Shown piece after piece: positions 52,119 to 61,753 of a stretch of 64,000 bases of DNA. Where the stretch lies: the NCBI GenBank assembly GCA_040005235.1, contig JBDTZG010000021.1, positions 1 through 64,000 on the forward strand, read 5' to 3'. The notes under the pieces were generated by a model. The model was not told where the DNA came from and searched no databases. It was given only the letters and a program-made list of their open reading frames with translations. Position numbers and translations under genes: made by a program. Position 1 is the first letter of the stretch; every line of letters begins with the position of its first letter. Origin of the DNA: Acidobacteriota bacterium. GTDB taxonomy: Bacteria > Acidobacteriota > Thermoanaerobaculia > Multivoradales > UBA5704.

Positions 52119-52260
52119 TTTACTCTACGAACGACCCAATGTCCAGAGGGGGTGTTGTGACAGCCGGCGCGTGGGGCTTGTCAGCGGGCGCCAAACCGTG
52201 GATCATCGAATGCACTTTGGCCCCGGAGGTCCGGGGCCTTTCGATTCGGAGGGCGGTCCC

Positions 52261-53586
52261 TTGCCGGAGATTGATCATCAGCTATCGGCCGAAGAGCTCG
52301 AAGAGGCGTGGCAAATCCTCGCCACCGAAGACCGCGTCGAGGGCTTCGAGCTCCTGACGCGGGAAGACGCCGAGGAGTTCCTGCTCAATCTCTCACCCTA
52401 CGAGCAGGCAATGCTGCTCGCCTCGCTGCCGCTGGTCGAGCGGCGGCTGTGGATGCGCTCCTACGAGCCAGACGACGCGGCCGACCTGTTGCAGGAAGCG
52501 CCGGCCGAGCTGCGCGATGAGCTGATCTCCCTGCTCGATGAGGTCGCCCGGCGCGAGGTCCGCGCGCTGCTTGCCTACGCCGAGGACGAGGCGGGCGGCC
52601 TGATGAGCCCGCGCTACTCCCGCGTGCGTCCCGACATGACGGTCGAAGAGGCGCTGCGCTACCTGCGCCGCCAGTCGCGAGATCGGACCGCCCTGATCTA
52701 TTACGCCTACGTGCTCGACGCCGAACAGCGCCTACTGGGCGTGGTGTCGTTCCGCTCCCTGTTCGCCGCCACCGGCGAGGTGCTGGTCCGCGACCTGATG
52801 GTGCCGGCGGACGACCTGGTGACGATTCCGGAGGAGACGGATCAGGAAGAGGTCTCCCAGATGTTCTCGCGCTACGACCTGATCGCGATTCCGGTCGTCG
52901 ACAGCGAGCAGCGGATGAAAGGCATCGTCACCTTCGACGATGTCGCCGACGTCGCCGAGGAAGAGGCGACCGAGGACATCCAGAAGTTGGGCGGCCAGGC
53001 CGCGCTCGACGAGCCGTACCTGCAGATCGGCTTCTGGGCGATGGTGAAAAAGCGCGCCGGCTGGCTCTCTGCGCTGTTTCTGGGCGAGATGCTGACGGCG
53101 ACCGCGATGGCGTTCTACGAAAAAGAGATTGACAAGGCGGTTGTGCTCGCGGTTTTCCTGCCTCTGATCATTTCGAGCGGCGGCAATTCGGGCTCGCAGG
53201 CTTCGACGTTGGTCGTCCGCGCGATGGCGCTCGGCGAAGTGCGCCTGCGCGACTGGTGGCGGGTCGTCCGCCGCGAGCTCTCGGCCGGTCTGGTGCTTGG
53301 CACCGTGCTCGCGGTGATCGGCTTTACCCGCATCCTCGCTTGGCAGAAGATCTTCGGCAGTTATGGCCCGCACTACCTGCTGATCGCGGCGACCGTTGCT
53401 TTCAGCCTGGTGGGCGTCGTTCTGTTCGGCACGATCTGCGGCTCGATGCTGCCTCTGGTCCTCAGACGCTTGGGCTTCGACCCCGCCAGCGCCTCGGCTC
53501 CGTTCGTCGCCACCCTGGTGGACGTGACGGGCCTGGTCATCTATTTCACGATGGCGAGCCTGCTGCTGCGCGGTACGCTGCTGTAG
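52261..53586 (+). CDS. mgtE: magnesium transporter
   Basis: AGGLM, CBS pair, EEATEDI, SSGGNSGSQ, DPA.ASAPFVATLVD; start TTG 52261 or ATG 52210. Confidence 0.95.
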   Translation: MPEIDHQLSAEELEEAWQILATEDRVEGFELLTREDAEEFLLNLSPYEQAMLLASLPLVERRLWMRSYEPDDAADLLQEAPAELRDELISLLDEVARREVRALLAYAEDEAGGLMSPRYSRVRPDMTVEEALRYLRRQSRDRTALIYYAYVLDAEQRLLGVVSFRSLFAATGEVLVRDLMVPADDLVTIPEETDQEEVSQMFSRYDLIAIPVVDSEQRMKGIVTFDDVADVAEEEATEDIQKLGGQAALDEPYLQIGFWAMVKKRAGWLSALFLGEMLTATAMAFYEKEIDKAVVLAVFLPLIISSGGNSGSQASTLVVRAMALGEVRLRDWWRVVRRELSAGLVLGTVLAVIGFTRILAWQKIFGSYGPHYLLIAATVAFSLVGVVLFGTICGSMLPLVLRRLGFDPASASAPFVATLVDVTGLVIYFTMASLLLRGTLL

Positions 53587-54259
53587 CGGCCAGAACCTCC
53601 GCCGGGATGCCGTGGGCGACGATCCGTCCCCGCTCCAAGCGTAACGCCTCGTCGCACAGCGCCAGGATCTCCTCCGGCTCGTGGCTGACGTAGAGCATCG
53701 GCACCCGCAGCTCGTCGCGGATGCGGGCGAGGACCGGCAGGATTCGACCGCGCAAAGGGCGATCGACCCCGGCGAACGGCTCGTCGAGCAGCAGCAGCTC
53801 CGGCGCGGCGAGCAGTGCGCGTCCGAGTGCCACCCTCTGGCGCTCGCCGCCGGAGAGTCCGGCGATGCCACGATCGAGCAACGACTCGATCTCCAGCACC
53901 GCGGCGATCTCGGCGAGCCGGTTCTTTCCATCGCCCGTCGGATCGCCATAGGGCGCGCCATAGAGAAGGTTTCTGCGCACCGAAAGATGGGGGAACAGCG
54001 CGCCGTCCTGCGGTACGTAGCCGATTCTCCGCCGCTCGGGCGGCACGAAGCTGCGCTCCGCCGCATCGGCGAGCCGTCTTCCTGCAAGGTGCACGCTCCC
54101 CGCGGTCGGCCGCCGGAGGCCGACGATCAGCTCCAAGAGCGAAGTCTTGCCCGCCCCCGAGGCTCCGAACAGACCGGCGACGCGGCCGTGCAGCTCCAGG
54201 TCCACCTCCAGGGTGAAGCGGGGGAGCGGCAGACGGAGGCCGCGGAGCGCGAGCTTCAC
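53546..54259 (-). CDS. modC: molybdate ABC transporter ATPase
   Basis: GASGAGKT, GYVPQD..LFPHL, LSGGERQR, YVSH. Confidence 0.9.
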   Translation of the reverse strand: MKLALRGLRLPLPRFTLEVDLELHGRVAGLFGASGAGKTSLLELIVGLRRPTAGSVHLAGRRLADAAERSFVPPERRRIGYVPQDGALFPHLSVRRNLLYGAPYGDPTGDGKNRLAEIAAVLEIESLLDRGIAGLSGGERQRVALGRALLAAPELLLLDEPFAGVDRPLRGRILPVLARIRDELRVPMLYVSHEPEEILALCDEALRLERGRIVAHGIPAEVLAATAAYRAAAGSPS

Positions 54260-54924
54260 GAGGTCCTCCGGCGGAACAGGCGCTCGCTGGTAAACAACGC
54301 GACGAAAGCGAGAATCGCCGCGGCCAGGCAGAACCGGAGCGCGGCGTCGTCGCGGCCTAGTTGGATCAGCTGATAGATCGCAAGCGCGAGGGTCTGGGTG
54401 CGCCCCGGGATGTTGCCCGCGACGACGATCGTCGCGCCGAATTCGCCGAGCGCCCGGGCGAACGCGAGCAGCAGGCCGGCCGTGAGCCCTCGGGCTGCGA
54501 GCGGCAGGGTGATCGTGACGAAAACCCGGGCGGGCGAGGCGCCGAGCGTGCGGGCGATCTGTTCGAGCCGATGGGGAACCTCTTCGAACGCCACCCGCGC
54601 ACTGCGCACGAAAAGCGGCAGCGACATCACCGCCATCGCGAGCAGCACGCCGCGCCAGGTGAAGATCACGTCGAGATCCAACCGGTCGTGGACGAACCGC
54701 CCGAGCGCGCTCCGGCGGCCGAACAGGCGGAGTAGAAACAAACCGGTCGCAACCGGCGGCATCACCAGCGGCAGGGCGACGAGCGTTTCGACCGCCGCCT
54801 TGCCCGGAAAATTACGCCGGGCGAGCAGCCACGCGAGCGCCAGGCCGGGCGGCAGGATGGCGACCATGGCGAGCGCCGCCATGCCGAGGGTGAAGCCGAG
54901 GATCTGGAGCTCTTCGCCGGACAA
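54256..54924 (-). CDS. modB: molybdate ABC transporter permease
   Basis: LPLVMPPV.TG, FARALGEFGATI..AGNIPG.TQT. Confidence 0.95.
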   Translation of the reverse strand: MSGEELQILGFTLGMAALAMVAILPPGLALAWLLARRNFPGKAAVETLVALPLVMPPVATGLFLLRLFGRRSALGRFVHDRLDLDVIFTWRGVLLAMAVMSLPLFVRSARVAFEEVPHRLEQIARTLGASPARVFVTITLPLAARGLTAGLLLAFARALGEFGATIVVAGNIPGRTQTLALAIYQLIQLGRDDAALRFCLAAAILAFVALFTSERLFRRRTS

Positions 54925-54943
54925 ATTGCCTCTCGCGCCGGAG

Positions 54944-55720
54944 TCAGGGATGAGTGGCCGGGCCGGAGATCACCAGGAAACCGAAGCGGCGGAAGACGTC
55001 GAGCGCGGGCGGGGAAGCGAGGTAGGCCAGGAACCTGCGCGCCTCCTGCGGATGTCGGCTCGCCGCGAGGGCGGCGAACGGGTAGGAGATCTTCGGTCCT
55101 TCGGCTTCAGACACGGCGTACGCCACTTTGACCTTATCCGAGATCTCGGCGTCGGTCTTATAGACGATTCCCGCGTCGGCGTTACCCGATTCGACCGCGG
55201 CGAGCGCCGCGCGAACGTTCTCGGTCGGCACCACGCGATCGATCACCTTGCGCCAAAGCCCCAGCTTTTGCAGGTACTCCTTGGCATAGATCCCCGCCGG
55301 CACGGTCTGCGGCTCGGCAAGGGCGAGCGCGCGAATCGACGACGAGGCAAGGTCCGCGGGTGCGCCGATCTTCAGCTTCGAATCGAGCGGAACCACGACC
55401 ACTAGCGTATTGCCGAGCACGCTTTTCCGGGTCCCGGCGAGCACCAGACCCATCTTCGCCAAGGAATCCATTTTCGCCTCGTCGGCCGAGAGGAACAGGT
55501 CCGCCGGGGCGCCCTCCTCGATCTGGCGGGCGAGCAGGCTCGACGCGCCGAGATTGAGCAGGATGTGATCTCCGGAAGACGCCTCGTAGGTGTGGGCGAT
55601 CTCCTGAAGCGCATCGGTCAGGCTGGCCGCAGCGGAGACGTTGAGCTCAACGGCGGCGGTCGGAACTGCGGGGAGAACGAACCACGCGCCGAGAGCAAGA
55701 GGGAGAAGAAGTCGCTTCAT
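54944..55720 (-). CDS. modA: molybdate-binding periplasmic protein
   Basis: AAASL, GASS.LA.QI..GAPAD.F.SA, VPAG.YA, GIVY.TD. Confidence 0.95.
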   Translation of the reverse strand: MKRLLLPLALGAWFVLPAVPTAAVELNVSAAASLTDALQEIAHTYEASSGDHILLNLGASSLLARQIEEGAPADLFLSADEAKMDSLAKMGLVLAGTRKSVLGNTLVVVVPLDSKLKIGAPADLASSSIRALALAEPQTVPAGIYAKEYLQKLGLWRKVIDRVVPTENVRAALAAVESGNADAGIVYKTDAEISDKVKVAYAVSEAEGPKISYPFAALAASRHPQEARRFLAYLASPPALDVFRRFGFLVISGPATHP

Positions 55721-55746
55721 GGTTACGCTCCCTTCGGCCGATCGGC

Positions 55747-56862
55747 TCAGAAGATGACCTGCAATCGGGCCAGCGCCTTGTCCTGGTCCGGCTCGCGATT
55801 GGCCTGGACGCGCAGGTAGTCGACCATCAGCTTGAGGTCATGTCCCTTGAAGTACCAATTGACCCCCGCGGTGTCGGTCGTCGTGGTGTCGCCGGAATGG
55901 TCGGTGCGGGGATCGAACGTCTCGGATTTGAGCACCACCTGGAGTCGGTCCGGAACGACGAAGTATCCCGCCTGAGCGTACCAACCGGTCGATTCGACCA
56001 CCGCGCCCGGCCGGCGGGAAGTAGGTTCCCACCGGCTACTCAGGTACTCTCCCCAGAGCTCGAACCGGCCGGCCGAAAATTGGCTGTCGAGGCCCCAGCC
56101 GCGGCGGTCGCCGGAGAAGATGGCGTCCCGGTCGGGGGTGGCGGGCGTGGAATCGAAACCGAATTCCGACCCTTGCGGCACGTTCGTGTCGGTCGACCGG
56201 TAACCGTTCGCGCCGACCGTCCAAGCGGCCGAGGTCCCCCACAGCTTGCCGCGCCAAGGAACGCCGGAGCCGCGAGCGGAGACCAGAAATCGGTCGTCAT
56301 CATTGAAGTTGTTGTTCGTGCCGTTGCCGTTGAAGGCGCCCACCGCGTAACTGACTCGCTTGTCCAGCAGATCGCCGCCCACCTGAACGCCGATCTGGCG
56401 GCCTAGGGTGAGCCGGTCGTTCACCAGGCTGCGCTCCAGAGTCAGCAGCTTGGGATCGCCGTAGAGTTGCTCGAAGCCGAACGGCGTCTTGAATTGGCCG
56501 AATCTTACGTTCGCTTCCGGGTGGCGATTCCAGGTGATGAAGGCATCGGTCGCCTGCGCGCGCAGCGCCGAGGTGTTGGTCAAGCTGCCGGCGAGATCAA
56601 TCTCCAATCGGAAGTCGAACTCCTCCAGAAACTTACCCGTCGCGTTCAAACGTGCCCGCCGCAGGTAGAAGCGGTCGTTGTCGTTGGTGAAGCGCGAGTC
56701 GCCGCGATCGCCGAAATCGGCCTGGGCCTGAATCAGCCCGCCGATCGCGAGCGTCGGCTCCCGCCCGCCCGGCTTGACCACCGCGTTCGGGCTTGGTTGG
56801 GCGAAGGACGGAGTCATACCTGTCAGCACCGCAAGGGTGAAGCCGAGAAGGGGCAGCCGCAC
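55747..56862 (-). CDS. OprO/OprP-like anion-selective porin
   Basis: RBS AAGGAGG + GTG; LRRARL, GQFKTPFG.E, ER, GVNWY, C-terminal ARLQVIF. Confidence 0.85.
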   Translation of the reverse strand: MRLPLLGFTLAVLTGMTPSFAQPSPNAVVKPGGREPTLAIGGLIQAQADFGDRGDSRFTNDNDRFYLRRARLNATGKFLEEFDFRLEIDLAGSLTNTSALRAQATDAFITWNRHPEANVRFGQFKTPFGFEQLYGDPKLLTLERSLVNDRLTLGRQIGVQVGGDLLDKRVSYAVGAFNGNGTNNNFNDDDRFLVSARGSGVPWRGKLWGTSAAWTVGANGYRSTDTNVPQGSEFGFDSTPATPDRDAIFSGDRRGWGLDSQFSAGRFELWGEYLSSRWEPTSRRPGAVVESTGWYAQAGYFVVPDRLQVVLKSETFDPRTDHSGDTTTTDTAGVNWYFKGHDLKLMVDYLRVQANREPDQDKALARLQVIF

Positions 56863-56906
56863 TCGAACCTCCTTGATCGAAAAGAGCAGGCGGACCCTAG
56901 CAACCC

Positions 56907-56930
56907 CGATATATCCCGTCAAGTAGTTCG
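56907..56930. promoter_or_regulatory. ModE box
   Basis: CGATATAT-N8-GTAGTTCG fits the CGnTATAT-N8-ATATAnCG geometry (right half degenerate); lies between modE and porin-modABC. Confidence 0.6.
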
Positions 56931-56944
56931 GGGGCTGCTCCGGA

Positions 56945-57307
56945 CTACTCCGCGAGCAGTTCGACCAACTCGCGCCAAGCCGGCTCCGCCGCCTGCCGGC
57001 AGGCGGCATCCATCTCTTGGTAGAGCGCGAGCACCCGCCGGCCGGTTTCGGTGAGCTGGACCCGGCCGTGCTCCGCCCCGCCCCGCGAGGCGACCGCGAG
57101 CGGAGCGCGAAAGCTCGCGTTCATGGTCTGGAGCAGCTTCCAGGCGCGCATGTACGACATGCCGAGCTGGCGCGCCGCCTCGGCGAGCGTGCCGGCCTCC
57201 GCGACCGCGGCGAGGAGCTCGGCCTTGCCTGGGCCGAATGCGATCTCGGCACCCTTCATCACCCGGAGGCGGGGATGAAGGCTCGCCGTGTCAGCTTGCT
57301 TCGACAT
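56945..57307 (-). CDS. modE: ModE-family regulator (wHTH domain only)
   Basis: FGPGKA.LL..V...G....AA..LGMSY.RAW, RGG...G...LT..G. Confidence 0.9.
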   Translation of the reverse strand: MSKQADTASLHPRLRVMKGAEIAFGPGKAELLAAVAEAGTLAEAARQLGMSYMRAWKLLQTMNASFRAPLAVASRGGAEHGRVQLTETGRRVLALYQEMDAACRQAAEPAWRELVELLAE

Positions 57308-57403
57308 TGGGGTTTCTCTTGCGGCCATTATCCTACGCCGCCCCCGGCCAGAAAAAAGTGGCTCTCACTGCTCATCCGGATCACTTTCCGCTGCCTGCCA
57401 GTC

Positions 57404-58186
57404 TCACCCCCGCAACCGAGACCGCCCGGTGGGCGCCAGCCGAAAAACCTCCGGCGACCGCTTTACCCACCGTCCCAACCCACTCTCAACCTCCACCTGC
57501 CACCGTTCCGACCGGCCCAGTGCCGCAACGCACTCCGCATACTCTGCCGCACCTCGATACATCGCAAACCAGACGAACACCTGCTCGCCCTCCCGAACCG
57601 GCAATTGCGGATAAGTGTTCGGGCTCCCCTCGGTCACGAATGACGCCAGAGCTTGAACGCCGCATTCAGCCGCCACCGGCGTCGCGGTGTTCTCGAAGAA
57701 ATCGATCAGCTCCGGGCCGGCCGGTGCTTCCAAGGGGTAGATCGTCGCCACCAGCAGGCCCTCGGCCGACTCGAAGGAGTCGATCGAAAGTCGCTCGCGC
57801 ACTTCGGTGGGGAATCCAGATCCCGGCGGTGCGGGGTGGAGAAGCAGCACGTCGTCGGAGTCGATCATCGTGGCGTTCGCGGCTTCGCGATGGGTTTTCC
57901 ATGCCGGTCCGGAGTAGAAGGCGGTGAGCGCCTCAAGCCGGGACTCCATGTCCGAGAAGCCACGAAGCCAGACGAAGTAGTCCGGTCGGTCGAGATCTCG
58001 GAACTGACCGATGACCCGAATGCCAAGGGCTTCCTGAGGCTCGATGAATTCTCGATCGAAGAGGTCGATCAAAACGTCGCGTTGGCCCGGGTGGAGGGTG
58101 TATTGGCGAAGCTCAACGATGGGGCAGCAGGAGGATGTCGGGTCCGTGGCGGGGGACTCCGAGGGTTCGGTCGGGGGTGGGGTCAT
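57404..58186 (-). CDS. NIPSNAP-family protein
   Basis: IVELRQYTLHPG.RD.LI.LF, FVWLRGF.DM, FY.GP.W..HR.AAN.TM. Confidence 0.88.
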   Translation of the reverse strand: MTPPPTEPSESPATDPTSSCCPIVELRQYTLHPGQRDVLIDLFDREFIEPQEALGIRVIGQFRDLDRPDYFVWLRGFSDMESRLEALTAFYSGPAWKTHREAANATMIDSDDVLLLHPAPPGSGFPTEVRERLSIDSFESAEGLLVATIYPLEAPAGPELIDFFENTATPVAAECGVQALASFVTEGSPNTYPQLPVREGEQVFVWFAMYRGAAEYAECVAALGRSERWQVEVESGLGRWVKRSPEVFRLAPTGRSRLRG

Positions 58187-58354
58187 GTTCAGTTCTCCGT
58201 AGGGGAAGCGCCGAGGGGATGGAGGACTGTAGCGGGCGATTAGGTCGAAAGCGGTCCTAAAGAGGGTCGGGGTCAATAGGGGATGACCGAGCTTGACGCC
58301 GCCGTTCGCACCGGCCACGATAGTCGGGATGCCACTCAACCAAGGAGGCTCCCC

Positions 58355-59122
58355 ATGGAGACACGTCTTCGGAAACCGGGCGAATTCTGTTGGATCAACA
58401 TGTTGACGCCGGAGCCGGAGGTGGCGCGGGAGTTCTTCGCCAGGCTGCTGCGTTGGGAGTATGCCGAAATGCCGGGGATGGGCCATGTGGTGAAGGTCGG
58501 AGGACGGCCGATTGGCGGACTGTTCGATTTGGCATCGCCGCAAACCCCTCCGGGGACTCCGCCGCTGATCGGCGTGATGGTGAAGGTCGAAAGCGCCGAG
58601 GCGACCTGCGAGAAGGCCGTGGGGCTCGGCGGCACGGCGAAGCCGGGGTTCGACATCGCCGAGCAGGGGCGGATGGCGGAGTGCTTCGATCCGAACGGCG
58701 CGGAATTCGACCTATGGGAGCCGAAAAAGGGCCAAGGCACGGATGTCGACGTCACCCTGCACGGTGCGCCGAGCTGGTTTGAGACCATCACGTCCGATCC
58801 GGCCCGCGCCAAGAGGTTCTACTGCGATCTGTTCGGGTGGACCGCCGAAGACAACGTGAGGCCGGAGCTCACCTATACGAGCTTCCAGCTCGACGGCGAA
58901 TACGTCGGGGGGATGATGCCGTTCCTGCCGAAGATGGGGGGCGTCCATCCCCATTGGGGGGTGTATTTCACCGTTGAGGACGTCGACGAGACCGCGCGTT
59001 TGGCTGGCGAGTTGGGTGCGAAGGTGTTCATTCCGGCGCAGGACATCCCCAGAGTCGGCCGGTTCTGCGGCATCTATTCGCCGCAGGGCGTGATGTTCTA
59101 CGCCATTCGATACAACGCCTGA
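58355..59122 (+). CDS. VOC/glyoxalase-family protein (two domains)
   Basis: PG.FCW, APSWFE, FY..LFGW, W.VYF.V.DVD; RBS AAGGAGG. Confidence 0.9.
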   Translation: METRLRKPGEFCWINMLTPEPEVAREFFARLLRWEYAEMPGMGHVVKVGGRPIGGLFDLASPQTPPGTPPLIGVMVKVESAEATCEKAVGLGGTAKPGFDIAEQGRMAECFDPNGAEFDLWEPKKGQGTDVDVTLHGAPSWFETITSDPARAKRFYCDLFGWTAEDNVRPELTYTSFQLDGEYVGGMMPFLPKMGGVHPHWGVYFTVEDVDETARLAGELGAKVFIPAQDIPRVGRFCGIYSPQGVMFYAIRYNA

Positions 59123-59258
59123 GGCGTTCCAGACGGCCGTTTAGAACGGAGACGCGCATTCAGTTCTCCAGCGCACTATAGGTGGCAGAGGCCACCTTGC
59201 ACGCCGGGACTCCGCTCGGTGTTCTTTGGAGGCCCTCTTCCAACGATCAGGAGATGAA

Positions 59259-59426
59259 ATGAAGAAGAAAAACCAGAAAATCATGCTCCACAAAGAGACG
59301 CTACGCGCCCTCGATATGCGGGCTCTGGATCCCGCGGCGGCTGGCGTCTAGACCCTTCGCTGTCAGTACAGCGGCTACGGTACCTGTGGCACCTGTGCTG
59401 AGACCTGCACCACGAATTACTGCTAG
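59259..59426 (+). CDS. RiPP (lanthipeptide-like) precursor interrupted by an in-frame TAG at 59349-59351
   Basis: RBS AGGAG; MKKKNQKIMLHKETLRALDMRALDPAAAGV*TLRCQYSGYGTCGTCAETCTTNYC*; too short for the ORF track. Confidence 0.8.
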
Positions 59427-59438
59427 ACATTGACTCGT

Positions 59439-59464
59439 GACCGGCCCACTGCGGCGGGCCGGTC
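59439..59464. terminator. GC-rich hairpin between convergent genes
   Basis: gaccggccc-N8-gggccggtc, 9-bp perfect stem. Confidence 0.6.
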
Positions 59465-59476
59465 GTCCTTCTCGCC

Positions 59477-60637
59477 CTAGAACGACTTCTGGCCGAAGTT
59501 CATCGCCAGCGCCGCGAGGTCGAGGCCGTCGACGATGTCGTTGCCGTCGAAGTCCGCGGCTCGGAGGAATCGCGTCTCGCCGCGGCGGGCGCCAAAGGAG
59601 AGTGCGAGCGAGATCAGATCCAAACCGTCGACACGGCCATCCTGGTTCAAGTCGCCGGTGAGGAACTTGGTGCCGGCGATGATGAAACGGGTGACTTCGC
59701 GATCGACGGTGTTGGCCGGGCTCGCGAGATCGCGGGAGCGGAAAGCGACTGTGACCACGCCGGTGAAAGGATTCGTCGGACGGTAACTGATCTCCGCCCG
59801 CTGGGCGTCGCCGGAGACGAGTGCGCCCACCTCTTGGCCGTTCACCACCAGGCGGGTCGAGGCGAGGTCGATCCCCTTGCCGAAGTCGAGCAGCGCAAGG
59901 CGGACCGTCACGTCGGCCGGGACGTCCCGGGATTGATCGGCGGGCGCGATCGAACCGACGACCGGCGGGACCTTGTCGGTGGCGGTCAGCTGGTCTGCCC
60001 AAACCTCCGCCATCTTGTCGTAGCCCGCAGCATTCGGATGGAGCTTGTCCAGGCCGCCGCCGTAGAGCGTGGTGAAGGCGTTCGGGGTTTGCCAGAAGAA
60101 GACTTCGAATTGATCGGCGAGCGAGCGCTTCTCGCTCCAGGCGAGGTTACGCAGCGAAGCGGCGAGTTGGGCGGCCACCTTGTTGTCGGCGTCCCGATTC
60201 GCGCTCGGCAGGCGTGGAATGACCGAGGCGTGCACGACTTTGAGCCCGAAGGCCTCGGCCTTGGTGGCGATGCGCTGCAAATTGAACGTGATGGTTTCAA
60301 TCGACACCTGGGCGTTGATGTCGTTCGTCCCTTCCATCAGCAGCAGCTTGTCGGCCGGGTTGTTGCGCAGCACCTGGTCGATGCGGGTGACCCCCTCCGT
60401 GGTCGCCTCGTTGCTCAATCCGGCGTTGATCACCTTTGCGTCGGTCTGGCCGCGCGCGATCAGCAGGTCGTCCAGCCGGCCGGGATAGCCCAGCTCGGAC
60501 AGCGGGCGGGTCGAGGCGTCGCCCACCCCGAAAGTGATGCTGTCGCCGAACGCGATGTAGCGGTTCTGCGCCTGCGCCGCGGCCGGAAGCAGCAGCGCGG
60601 TGGCGATCAGGCCGAGAGAGAGCCCGCGGGCGCGCAT
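59477..60637 (-). CDS. SGNH/GDSL hydrolase with Ig-like and dockerin-like domains
   Basis: FGDSIT, GTND, D.LHPN..GY; GDLNQDGRVDGLD and ADFDGNDIVDGLD. Confidence 0.88.
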   Translation of the reverse strand: MRARGLSLGLIATALLLPAAAQAQNRYIAFGDSITFGVGDASTRPLSELGYPGRLDDLLIARGQTDAKVINAGLSNEATTEGVTRIDQVLRNNPADKLLLMEGTNDINAQVSIETITFNLQRIATKAEAFGLKVVHASVIPRLPSANRDADNKVAAQLAASLRNLAWSEKRSLADQFEVFFWQTPNAFTTLYGGGLDKLHPNAAGYDKMAEVWADQLTATDKVPPVVGSIAPADQSRDVPADVTVRLALLDFGKGIDLASTRLVVNGQEVGALVSGDAQRAEISYRPTNPFTGVVTVAFRSRDLASPANTVDREVTRFIIAGTKFLTGDLNQDGRVDGLDLISLALSFGARRGETRFLRAADFDGNDIVDGLDLAALAMNFGQKSF

Positions 60638-61671
60638 CACGGCTCCTGCCTCCAGCGCGCGGAGAGCTCTGACGGCACGCTTTTTCCTTCGGAGAGCCAA
60701 CGAAACGTGAGAGCGCCCGACGCGGTGGGCATCAGTCGCGGTCGGTCCGCGCGATCGGCGGCGGGGGAGTCGGCGGTCAAGATCGCCGCGCGGCGGAGCG
60801 GTTTGCCCGTGGCATCCGTGTCGATCGCCTCCCAACCGCGCGGCGCGGCGGTGCGGAAGAGAAGTCGAATGCCGTCGGCGGTCTTATCCAGCGTTGGGAA
60901 GACGGATCCCTTCGGTCCCACCGTGCGCGGCGCGGACCAGCGGTTGGCTTGCTCGGTGGATAGCACGGCGGTCATCACCCGGTAGTCGTTGCCGTCGAAG
61001 CTCGCCCAGGAGAGCAGCGCCCCGGAGTCGGTCGAAACGAGCGCGGGCGTGATGTCGGGCACCCTGTTGCCGGGGGCCACGGGATGCGGAGGAGTCCAGG
61101 CGCCGCCCGGCCGGCCGCGGCTCCAGAGGATCTCGTCGTCCTCGCCGTCGAAGGCGCTCCAGGCAAGGACGTAGGAGCCATCGGCGAGGCGCGCCGCAGC
61201 GAGCGCGAGCTGGCTGCCCGAACCGGGAGGCGAAATCGTCCGCGATGCCGACCATCGGCCGTTTTGGAACCGCGCGGCTTTGACCGCTAGCGACCGTTCG
61301 TCCGTCCCTTCAAGCCAGGCGAGCCCGGCGAACCGTGCACCGGCGAGGAGGGCGATCGCGTGCTCCTGAACCGGGGCCGAGGCGGGAGGACCAGAGAGGA
61401 AGCGACGGGGACCGGCGGTGCCCTGGCCGAGAAGGACGAACAGCTCCCGCAGGTCGCCGTGCGGGCGCGTGCCGAGCGCGATCCAGGAGGCATCGGTTCC
61501 CGCGACCGATTCGAGCGCCGCGCCGGCCGGAAGCCGCGGATCGACGATTACGCCGGAATCGAGTGCCAGCCGCTGACCGTCGCGGCCGGCAACCAACGTC
61601 GGCGCGGCGTACGCGGTCGCGGCACTGGCCGCGAGGAGGCAGAAAATCCGGAGCGATTTGGCCTGGAGCAT
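60637..61671 (-). CDS. secreted hypothetical protein
   Basis: Signal peptide; repeated W.AFDG.D motif; coupled to the SGNH gene. Confidence 0.7.
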   Translation of the reverse strand: MLQAKSLRIFCLLAASAATAYAAPTLVAGRDGQRLALDSGVIVDPRLPAGAALESVAGTDASWIALGTRPHGDLRELFVLLGQGTAGPRRFLSGPPASAPVQEHAIALLAGARFAGLAWLEGTDERSLAVKAARFQNGRWSASRTISPPGSGSQLALAAARLADGSYVLAWSAFDGEDDEILWSRGRPGGAWTPPHPVAPGNRVPDITPALVSTDSGALLSWASFDGNDYRVMTAVLSTEQANRWSAPRTVGPKGSVFPTLDKTADGIRLLFRTAAPRGWEAIDTDATGKPLRRAAILTADSPAADRADRPRLMPTASGALTFRWLSEGKSVPSELSARWRQEP

Positions 61672-61753
61672 GGAAGCGCGATCCTATGAGGCGCTAGAGT
61701 TCCCGTCAACGCGTTCGGCCCCCGGGGAAAGGGCTATGGTAACTTTCGCCGCC

